From positions 2,250,001 to 2,282,000 of the forward strand of contig NC_010296.1 of NCBI RefSeq assembly GCF_000010625.1: a stretch of 32,000 nt of DNA. The letters run 5' to 3'. A program made the position numbers and the translations under genes. Under the pieces are notes generated by a model that was not told where the DNA came from, made no database searches, and was given only the letters and a program-made list of their open reading frames with translations. The first letter of the stretch is position 1; each line of letters begins with the position of its first letter. Below, in pieces: positions 24,714 through 32,000 of this stretch. This DNA is from Microcystis aeruginosa NIES-843. GTDB taxonomy: Bacteria > Cyanobacteriota > Cyanobacteriia > Cyanobacteriales > Microcystaceae.

Positions 24714-26447
24714 ATGTTTAAGCGATCGCTTTTCTTGCCCCTGTTAATTTTATCCCTTAGTTGTACGCTGCTTTTTAGTGCTTGTCATCAACAAACAGCT
24801 AATAATCCCCCAGCAACGACCAATAGTAACACAGAAACTTTAAAACTTTTATATTGGCAAGCACCGACGATTTTAAATCCCCATCTCTCCACGGGATTTA
24901 AAGACTCAGAAGCGAGTCGCATTACCTTAGAACCTTTGGCTAGTTTCGATGAAAAAGGGGAATTAGTTCCTTTTTTAGCGGCAGAAATTCCTACTATTGA
25001 AAATGGGGGAGTTGCCCGGGATGGTAAATCGGTGACATGGAAGCTAAAAAAAGATATTAAATGGTCAGATGGTACTCCTTTTACTGCCAAAGATGTCATC
25101 GCTACCTATAATTTTATTACCAATCCGAAAACTGGTTCTACTAGCGCTGGCAATTATGAAATAGTTAAAACTGTGGAAGCGATCGATCCCCATACAGTTA
25201 AAATAACTTTTAAGCAAGTTAATCCCGCTTGGTCATTAGTTTTTGTGGGAACAGAAGGGATGATTTTACCCGCTCATCTCTATGAAAAGTATAGCAATGA
25301 AACGGCACGTCAAGCCCCTGCTAATTTATTACCGGTGGGAACGGGTCCCTATAAAGTGGTAGAATTTAAACCGGGAGATACGGCGGTTTATGAACCAAAT
25401 TCTTTCTTTCGAGAAGCGGATAAATTAGGTTTTCAAAGAATAGAATTAAAAGGAGGAGGTGATGCAACTTCGGCGGCAAGAGCGGTTTTACAGACACAGG
25501 AGGCGGATTATGCCTATAATTTGCAAGTAGAGGCAAGGGTTTTAAGTGATTTAGAAAAAGTGGGTCGGGGTCAGTTAATATCTAGTTTCGGTTCTTTGAT
25601 TGAACGAGTTTTATTTAATTTGAGCGATCCTAATCAAGCTACTCCTGAAGGTGAGAGGTCTAGTATTAAGTTTCCCCATCCTTTTTTGAGTGATGTGAAA
25701 GTAAGAGAAGCTTTGTCGTTAGCCGTTGATAGAGATACTATTGCCACGCAACTTTATGGTATTACTGGGAAAACAACTCCTAATTTTATTGTGATGCCAT
25801 CAGAATATAATTCGCCCAATACTCGCTATGAATTTAATCTAGAAAAGGCTAAGAAATTACTAGATGATGCGGGATGGAAAGATAGTAATGGTGATGGTAC
25901 TAGGGATAAAAATGGGGTAGAAATGAAATTAGTTTTTCAAACCACTGTCAATCCTCTTCGTCAGAAAACCCAAGAAATTATCAAACAAAGTTTACAAGCG
26001 ATCGGGGTAGGAGTAGAATTAAAAACTATTGATGCCAGTATTTTCTTTTCCAGCGATCCTGCTAACGATGACACGGTAGAAAAGTTTTATGCTGACCTAC
26101 AAATGTACACTACTGGTAATAATAGTCCCGATCCGAAAGCCTATTTTAAAACCTTTACCTGTAGTGAAATTCCCCAAAAAGCTGATGGTTGGGCTGGGGA
26201 TAATTATGCTCGTTATTGTAATCCTGAATACGATAAATTATGGCAAGCTTTTAGTCAAGAATTAAACCCAGAAAAACGTCGAGAAATAGTGATTAAAATG
26301 AATGATATGTTAATTAATGATTTTGTGATTATTCCCCTAGTTCATCGTGCCGATGTGGTGGCAATTAGCAATAGTTTGTCAGGGTTTGAATTAACTCCCT
26401 GGGATAGAAATACTTGGAAGATCAAAGACTGGAAGCGTAGTAAATAA
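24714..26447 (+). CDS. ABC transporter substrate-binding lipoprotein, family 5 (peptide/nickel, DppA/OppA-like)
   Basis: MFKRSLFLPLLILSLSCTLLFSAC is a lipoprotein signal with a lipobox. Family-5 features include LLYWQAPTILNPH, WSDGTPFTAKDV and GTGPYKVVEFKPGD. I prefer the ATG at 24714 to the TTG at 24702. Confidence 0.85.
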   Translation: MFKRSLFLPLLILSLSCTLLFSACHQQTANNPPATTNSNTETLKLLYWQAPTILNPHLSTGFKDSEASRITLEPLASFDEKGELVPFLAAEIPTIENGGVARDGKSVTWKLKKDIKWSDGTPFTAKDVIATYNFITNPKTGSTSAGNYEIVKTVEAIDPHTVKITFKQVNPAWSLVFVGTEGMILPAHLYEKYSNETARQAPANLLPVGTGPYKVVEFKPGDTAVYEPNSFFREADKLGFQRIELKGGGDATSAARAVLQTQEADYAYNLQVEARVLSDLEKVGRGQLISSFGSLIERVLFNLSDPNQATPEGERSSIKFPHPFLSDVKVREALSLAVDRDTIATQLYGITGKTTPNFIVMPSEYNSPNTRYEFNLEKAKKLLDDAGWKDSNGDGTRDKNGVEMKLVFQTTVNPLRQKTQEIIKQSLQAIGVGVELKTIDASIFFSSDPANDDTVEKFYADLQMYTTGNNSPDPKAYFKTFTCSEIPQKADGWAGDNYARYCNPEYDKLWQAFSQELNPEKRREIVIKMNDMLINDFVIIPLVHRADVVAISNSLSGFELTPWDRNTWKIKDWKRSK

Positions 26448-27404
26448 ATGCTGAAATACTTTCTGAAAAGATTATTATTTTCGATTCCCACTCTTTTAGC
26501 TATTAGTATGGTGGTTTTTGGCATTTTGGCCCTAGCGCCGGGGGATCCGATGGGAGAATTTGCCGCTAATCCTGCTATTACGGAAGCGGTGCGAGAAAAT
26601 ATTCGCAAAAGTCTCGGATTAGATCAACCCCTTCCCGTGCGTTATGTCAAGTGGTTGTTAGCATTTCTTCAAGGAGATATGGGCTATTCTTTCACCAGTC
26701 GCAGCCCAGTTTTTACCCTCATTTGGCAGCGTTTACCCACAACCCTCTGGATTGTCGGTATTGCCTATATTTTTGGGGTTTTAATTGCTTTTCCTTTAGG
26801 CGTAATTTCAGCAGTCAAGCGCTATTCTTGGTTAGACAAAATCATCTCTACTTTTTCGATGCTTGGCTTTTCTTTACCCACCTTTGTAACGGGATTATTA
26901 TTAATTATTATCTTTAGTGTGCAGTTAAACTGGCTACCATCTTTTTATAACAGTACCCTAAAAATCAGTGATTTTAATAGTTTGATCGAGCAGGTTAAAC
27001 AGTCAATTATGCCCGTAACTGTATTAAGCTTATATCAAGGGGCGATGTTGATGCGTTTTGTGCGTTCTTCCGTAACTGAAGAAATTCACCAAGAGTACGT
27101 TAAAACTGCCTTAGCGAAGGGACTAACTAATTTTTCTGTCCTCACTAAGCATATAGTTCGCAATGCTTTAATCCCCGTTGTCACCCTGATTGCTCTCGAT
27201 ATTCCCTCAATTTTTACCGGTGCTTTAGTTACAGAACAAGTGTTTCGTGTGCCGGGTATCGGTGCTTTATTAATCGATTCTATTTCCCGCAGTGATACCC
27301 CCGTAGTGATGGCGATTACCTTTATCTATGGGATTTTAATTGTTATCTTTAACTTAATTGCCGATTTAACCTATAGTTGGCTCGATCCGCGAGTCAGATA
27401 TTAA
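26448..27404 (+). CDS. ABC transporter permease (DppB/OppB-like)
   Basis: The ATG directly follows the stop of the binding-protein gene. It has the N-terminal MLKYFLKRLLFSIPTLL typical of DppB-type permeases, and an EAA-like loop region KTALAKGL...ILTKHIVRNALIPV. Confidence 0.85.
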   Translation: MLKYFLKRLLFSIPTLLAISMVVFGILALAPGDPMGEFAANPAITEAVRENIRKSLGLDQPLPVRYVKWLLAFLQGDMGYSFTSRSPVFTLIWQRLPTTLWIVGIAYIFGVLIAFPLGVISAVKRYSWLDKIISTFSMLGFSLPTFVTGLLLIIIFSVQLNWLPSFYNSTLKISDFNSLIEQVKQSIMPVTVLSLYQGAMLMRFVRSSVTEEIHQEYVKTALAKGLTNFSVLTKHIVRNALIPVVTLIALDIPSIFTGALVTEQVFRVPGIGALLIDSISRSDTPVVMAITFIYGILIVIFNLIADLTYSWLDPRVRY

Positions 27405-27406
27405 CT

Positions 27407-27769
27407 ATGAACATTACAGAATCCTTACACACGGCGATTTTAGTCACCGATCTAGAAAAAGCTGTTAACTTTTACGAAAATGTTCTAGGATTGACTAGAA
27501 TTGATCGCCCTTTTCAATACGATGGGGTTTGGTATCAAGTGGGAGATTATCAAATTCATTTAATTGTCGATACCAATTATCAAAACTACCGTCCCAATCC
27601 CCAAAAATGGGGACGCAATCCTCATATTGCCTTCGCTATTGATGACGTGACGGCCATGGGTAAGTATCTAGAAAGTCAAGGTTATACAATTCAAATGAGT
27701 GCATCGGGTAGAAAGGCCTTATTTGTCAGTGATCCCGATGGTAATATCCTAGAAATGAGCCAAATTTAG
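27407..27769 (+). CDS. VOC (glyoxalase/bleomycin-resistance/dioxygenase) family protein
   Basis: The protein starts MNITESLHTAILVTDLEKAVNFYENVLGL and ends HIAFAIDDV...DPDGNILEM. I prefer the ATG at 27407, because the listed TTG at 27377 overlaps the permease gene. Confidence 0.8.
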   Translation: MNITESLHTAILVTDLEKAVNFYENVLGLTRIDRPFQYDGVWYQVGDYQIHLIVDTNYQNYRPNPQKWGRNPHIAFAIDDVTAMGKYLESQGYTIQMSASGRKALFVSDPDGNILEMSQI

Positions 27770-27787
27770 CCTGAAAAATTCCCCAAT

Positions 27788-28516
27788 ATGTTAGACCAAT
27801 TACAGACTCAACTCTATCACCTTGAACAATACGCCGATCGCTTAGTGACTTCCCAACTAACTCACCTTAGTTTTGTCAGTATTGCCGTGATTTTTCTAGC
27901 CGGTTTACTTACCAGTCTTACCCCCTGTATGCTGTCGATGTTGCCGATTACCGTCGCTTATATCGGGGGTTACGAAAATCAAGGTCGTTTAGCGGCTTTT
28001 TGGCAGTCCACATGGTTTTCCCTGGGATTAGCCACCACCTTAGCGGGATTGGGACTAATTGCCGCTACTTTAGGAAAAGTCTATGGACAGGTGGGGATCG
28101 GTTTACCAATTATCGTCAGTGCGATCGCTATTTTGATGGGGTTAAACCTCTTGGAATTATTACCCCTGCGCTTCCCCTCCCTTGGCGCTACCGATTGGAT
28201 TACCGGCGATTTTCCCCCGATTTTGCGGTCCTATCTTCTCGGTTTAACATTTGGTTTAATCGCCTCTCCTTGCAGTACACCTGTTCTAGCAACTCTATTG
28301 GCATGGGTGGCAAATACGGGAGATTTAAGCTTAGGAGGGGGATTATTGTTATCCTACACTGGCGGTTATGTTTTACCCCTAATTATCGTCGGTTCTTTTA
28401 CTGCCTCGCTGAAAAGCTTTCTTTCTCTGCGTCAATGGTCCGGGTGGATTAATCCTGTCAGTGGGGTTTTATTAATCGGTTTTGGAGTTTTTTCTTTATT
28501 ATCCCGTCTGCTGTGA
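27788..28516 (+). CDS. ccdA: cytochrome c biogenesis thiol-disulfide transporter CcdA
   Basis: 242-aa polytopic membrane protein with the two conserved Cys motifs LTPCMLSMLP and ASPCSTPVL. Confidence 0.85.
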   Translation: MLDQLQTQLYHLEQYADRLVTSQLTHLSFVSIAVIFLAGLLTSLTPCMLSMLPITVAYIGGYENQGRLAAFWQSTWFSLGLATTLAGLGLIAATLGKVYGQVGIGLPIIVSAIAILMGLNLLELLPLRFPSLGATDWITGDFPPILRSYLLGLTFGLIASPCSTPVLATLLAWVANTGDLSLGGGLLLSYTGGYVLPLIIVGSFTASLKSFLSLRQWSGWINPVSGVLLIGFGVFSLLSRLL

Positions 28517-28539
28517 TGGTGGAGAGTTATGATAGATAA

Positions 28540-29910
28540 TTGGCTAGAATTGCAAAACTTTTAACTATGACTATATCGGAAACTTCCTCAAATTTAAAGA
28601 ATACACCGCCTCAATGGGGACGGAAATTTATCCAGACTATTGCCGATCTACGATTGGCAATTATCCTCTTACTTTTAATCGCTATTTTTAGCATTTCTGG
28701 GACGGTAATCGAACAGGGTCAATCTCTATCTTTCTACCAAGCTAATTATCCTGAAAAACCCGCTTTATTTGGCTTTCTGACTTGGAAAGTTTTATTACTA
28801 TTGGGATTAAATCATGTTTATAGCACTTGGTGGTATCTATCATTATTAATTCTCTTCGGTTCCAGTTTAACCGCTTGCACCTTCCGACGACAATTACCCG
28901 CTTTAAAGGCGGCCAGAAACTGGCAATTTTATCAACAATCTCGCCAATTTCAAAAACTAGCTTTAAGTGCCGAATTAGAAACTGGTTCCCTAGAATCTCT
29001 CACCCCCTTGTTAGAAAAAAAAGGCTACAAAGTTTTTCTAGAAAATAACAGTCTTTATGCTCGTAAAGGTCTGATTGGTAAAATCGGTCCGATTATCGTT
29101 CATGCAGCCATGTTAATTATTTTAGCAGGAGCGATCTGGGGAGCGTTAACGGGGTTTTTCGCTCAAGAAATGGTAGCTAGTGGCGATAGTTTTCAGGTTA
29201 AAAATATTATTGAAGCTGGACCCTTATCTAAAAATTCTCTCCCTAAGGATTGGGGGATTAAAGTTAATCGTTTTTGGATTGATTATAGTCCTAAAGGTGA
29301 TATAGAACAATTTTATTCTGATTTGTCGGTGATCGATAATCAAGGACAGGAGATCGATCGCAAAACTATTCAAGTTAATCAACCTTTGCACCATAAAGGG
29401 GTGACTTTTTATCAAACCAGTTGGGGGATTGCTGGGGTAAAAGTACAGGTGAATAATAGTCCGATCCTACAGCTACCGATGGCTAGTTTAGACACCAAAG
29501 GTAATGGACAAATCTGGGGAACTTGGATTCCGACTAAAACCGATCTTAGTGAGGGAGTTTCTCTTTTAACCAGAGATTTACAAGGTACGGTAATTGTCTA
29601 TGATGCTCAGGGAGATTTAACCTCTGCTGTACGAGAAGGAATGACGATTCCCATCAATGGAGTTAATCTAAAAATAGTCGAATTAGTGGGCAGTACAGGT
29701 TTACAAATTAAGGCAGATCCGGGAGTACCTATCGTCTATTTAGGTTTTGCTTTATTGATGATGGGAGTGGTAATGAGTTACTTTTCCCATTCGCAAATTT
29801 GGGCTTTACAATCGGGCGATCGCTTTTATATTGGTGGTAAAACTAATCGCGCTCAAGTCAGTTTTGAACGGGAAATAATTGATACCATTGAAAGGCTAAA
29901 GTTAAAGTAG
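28540..29910 (+). CDS. ccs1: cytochrome c biogenesis protein Ccs1/ResB (system II)
   Basis: The TM segments ([23 protein letters not shown]), the large soluble loop, the C-terminal TM and the adjacency to ccdA all fit the family. The start may instead be the ATG at 28567. Confidence 0.85.
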   Translation: MARIAKLLTMTISETSSNLKNTPPQWGRKFIQTIADLRLAIILLLLIAIFSISGTVIEQGQSLSFYQANYPEKPALFGFLTWKVLLLLGLNHVYSTWWYLSLLILFGSSLTACTFRRQLPALKAARNWQFYQQSRQFQKLALSAELETGSLESLTPLLEKKGYKVFLENNSLYARKGLIGKIGPIIVHAAMLIILAGAIWGALTGFFAQEMVASGDSFQVKNIIEAGPLSKNSLPKDWGIKVNRFWIDYSPKGDIEQFYSDLSVIDNQGQEIDRKTIQVNQPLHHKGVTFYQTSWGIAGVKVQVNNSPILQLPMASLDTKGNGQIWGTWIPTKTDLSEGVSLLTRDLQGTVIVYDAQGDLTSAVREGMTIPINGVNLKIVELVGSTGLQIKADPGVPIVYLGFALLMMGVVMSYFSHSQIWALQSGDRFYIGGKTNRAQVSFEREIIDTIERLKLK

Positions 29911-29960
29911 AATTGACCTTAATCTGGTGTCGTTTCCCGATGAAAAGTTCTGTTTATCTA

Positions 29961-29989
29961 CTGACTCCTGACTCCTGACTCCTAACTCC
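29961..29989. repeat. octamer tandem array CTGACTCC x3.5
   Basis: Read directly: ctgactcctgactcctgactcctaactcc. Confidence 0.85.
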
Positions 29990-30025
29990 ACCAACAAACT
30001 TTTTCAGTAAACCCCAATTACTTAT

Positions 30026-30883
30026 ATGCCAGAATTGCCAGAAGTAGAAACGGTGCGTCGCGGATTAAATCAAGTTACCCAGGGCCAAAAAATTATCGGT
30101 GGGGAAGTATTATTACAGCGTACCCTAGCCTATCCTAATTGCGAGGCAACTTTTCTGCAAGGAATTGCTCAGACCACGATTACCAATTGGCAGCGCCGAG
30201 GCAAATATCTCCTCGCCAATTTAGATAATGGTAGCAGTATCGGGGTTCATCTGCGTATGACTGGACAATTGCTCTGGGTAAAAGATACCACTCCCCTGCC
30301 GATTCATACGCGCTTACGCTTCTTTTTTGCCAATCAGCAAGAATTGCGCTTCGTCGATACCCGCACTTTCGGGAAAATTTGGTGGATTGCCGCCGATAAA
30401 ACCCCAGAAAGCGTGATTACTGGTCTCAAAAAACTGGGATTGGAACCCTTCGATCGCAATTTTACCGCCGATTACCTCTATAGTCACTGTCAAAAAAGTC
30501 GTCGTCCGATTAAAACTTTTCTCCTCGATCAAAATGTAGTCGCAGGAATTGGCAATATCTACGCAGATGAAGTTCTTTTTAAAAGTGGCATCCATCCCCA
30601 AACTGCCGCTAATCTCTTGAAAATTGAGCAAATAGACTTATTGACAAAAAACATTATTTCTGTATTGGAAACAGCGATCGCTGAAGGCGGAACCAGTTTT
30701 AGCGATTTTCTCCACGTTACGGGAGTTAATGGCAATTATGGGGCGATGGCCTGGGTTTACGGTCGTAATGGCGAAAATTGTCGCCTTTGCGGTGCAACTA
30801 TTGCCAGAATTAAATTAAGTGGGCGCTCGGCTCATTTTTGTCCCCAGTGTCAAGTCTCAAGGGGAGAAGGGAGAAAAAGCTGA
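30026..30883 (+). CDS. mutM: formamidopyrimidine-DNA glycosylase
   Basis: The N-terminus is MPELPEVETVRRGL. The H2TH region reads LLDQNVVAGIGNIYADEVLF, and the C-terminal zinc finger reads CRLCG...CPQCQ. Confidence 0.92.
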   Translation: MPELPEVETVRRGLNQVTQGQKIIGGEVLLQRTLAYPNCEATFLQGIAQTTITNWQRRGKYLLANLDNGSSIGVHLRMTGQLLWVKDTTPLPIHTRLRFFFANQQELRFVDTRTFGKIWWIAADKTPESVITGLKKLGLEPFDRNFTADYLYSHCQKSRRPIKTFLLDQNVVAGIGNIYADEVLFKSGIHPQTAANLLKIEQIDLLTKNIISVLETAIAEGGTSFSDFLHVTGVNGNYGAMAWVYGRNGENCRLCGATIARIKLSGRSAHFCPQCQVSRGEGRKS

Positions 30884-31714
30884 TCACTGATTAGGGGCTG
30901 TGGCTTCAATTTTGTTATTTTCGTCGGCTAGGGTCTGAATCTCCTGTCTGTAAGCAAAAGGAGCGCGACTGAGAGCATCTTGAAAGAGGGGTTGAGCCTC
31001 TTGATTTTTGCCCTGTTCTTTCAGTACGATCGCCGCTGCCAAAATCGGTCGGAAATCGTTAACATCCATCTGTTGAGCTTGTTTATAGGCGTTTAAAGCT
31101 TCCGGATAATTTTGCTGCTCGAAATAGATTTTGCCTAAAAGTAACTGAACGGAAACGATATCGATTAAACTAGCAGGATTATTGGGATCGGCAGCAGCTT
31201 TTAAAGCGCGATCAAGCGTATCTTTGACCAGACTAATCGCCTCGATCGGGCGGTTTTGGCTAAGAAATAAATTAGTTAATCCGGTCAAGGCCCGCAGCTC
31301 TTGGGGATGGGAGGCTAAAAGAGCGCGATAACTGGCTGTGGCTCCTGCATAGTCCTCTATTTGCTGTTTCGCTTCTGCCAAAAGTAGTAGATAATCGGAT
31401 TGTTGGGGGTTAAGTTGCGCTAATTTTTCTAAAGGTTCGATCGCTTGCTTTAAATCGCCCTGCTGTAAGCGAGTATCTAATAATCCCCGCAAAGCCGTCT
31501 GATTATCGGGTTCGCGCTCTAAAACCATCTGATAACCCAGTGCTTGACTGGCTAATTCCTCTTGTTTGACTGCGGACAGATGACTCTGGCCCGAGTGCCG
31601 CTCACTCTGGAGAATAGAAGTCAATAGCGGCATCATCGAGAAAGACAGCAAGGCAAATAACATCAGCACGAGACCGATGGACAGCCAACGACGGTGAGAG
31701 AGAGAAGCTTTCAT
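30884..31714 (-). CDS. TPR repeat-containing membrane-anchored protein
   Basis: The N-terminal helix is WLSIGLVLMLFALLSFSMMPLL, followed by several TPR-like A/L/Y-rich 34-residue repeats (e.g. AIEPLEKLAQLNPQQSDYLLLLAEAK). Its stop abuts the mutM stop. Confidence 0.75.
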   Translation of the reverse strand: MKASLSHRRWLSIGLVLMLFALLSFSMMPLLTSILQSERHSGQSHLSAVKQEELASQALGYQMVLEREPDNQTALRGLLDTRLQQGDLKQAIEPLEKLAQLNPQQSDYLLLLAEAKQQIEDYAGATASYRALLASHPQELRALTGLTNLFLSQNRPIEAISLVKDTLDRALKAAADPNNPASLIDIVSVQLLLGKIYFEQQNYPEALNAYKQAQQMDVNDFRPILAAAIVLKEQGKNQEAQPLFQDALSRAPFAYRQEIQTLADENNKIEATAPNQ

Positions 31715-32000
31715 AGACTGGGGTGCGAGGGGACAGACAAGAAAATGTTATGGAAATCTGGAGATTTGATGAGGGGATCGATCGAATTGGCCGCTCTTTA
31801 TTAAGTACAATGGGCAAACGGTCAAGACTCAAAAGGGTTTTGACTGGGTTGACAGTCAAAAGATCATGGTTCTTAATATATTAGATGCCAGTAGAGTCGC
31901 CCTAGAGGGTTATTGTAACCCCCCAGATCGCGCTTTTGACTTGCTTGATTACTAATTTACTATGTGTCTCCGCCGCTAGGAGTGTGATATGAATCGTCCT

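Noticed and set aside
26448-27769. An apparently incomplete peptide ABC operon (binding protein plus one permease, then a VOC gene instead of a second permease and ATPases), considered as a possible deletion.
   Set aside because: As far as I recall (not checked here), cyanobacterial ABC transporter components are often dispersed. No pseudogene remnants or scars are visible at the 27404/27407 junction.
28000-28452. 150-aa alternative-frame ORF inside ccdA, together with similar alternative-frame ORFs at 26651-26917, 28827-29048, 29224-29415 and 30314-30631.
   Set aside because: They are embedded in well-supported genes. Their composition is an artefact of the host gene's codon usage.
31989-32000. 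Possible gene start (AGGAG, then 6 nt, then ATGAATCGTCCT) running off the right edge.
   Set aside because: Only four codons are visible, so it cannot be supported.

Overview
This is a cyanobacterial chromosomal window. The HIP1 octamer GCGATCGC recurs throughout (e.g. 1720-1727), and the dense 7-8 nt tandem arrays and MITEs suggest a Microcystis-like genome. That assignment is inferred from the sequence and was not searched. Most of the window is recognisable housekeeping: gamma-tocopherol-type methyltransferase, tRNA(CAU), LysM/M23 peptidase, hflX, DegT-family aminotransferase, FetB-like permease, gap2, murC, murB, a peptide-type ABC binding protein plus permease, a VOC protein, ccdA, ccs1/resB, mutM and a TPR protein. 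At the left edge sit a truncated TpsB-type outer-membrane transporter and a Tat-signal orthocaspase followed by a DUF4384-like ORF. Two patches are accessory. (1) 7741-11904 is a graveyard of nested mobile elements: a MITE fragment, an IS605-type tnpB relic split by a dead IS630 element that itself carries a nested ISAzo13-like IS, and the 3' relic of a group II intron ending 8 nt before the hflX start. (2) 21237-24700 is an island wedged between murB and the ABC operon and partitioned by a repeated 84-bp element. This island holds the best candidate for an undescribed system: a compact three-gene minus-strand operon encoding a small membrane protein, a Tse2-like toxin candidate and a tightly coupled acidic partner. 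Next to it are an HNH-like gene broken by one in-frame amber codon and a weak 90-aa ORF. All family assignments come from reading motifs by eye, and no database search was possible.
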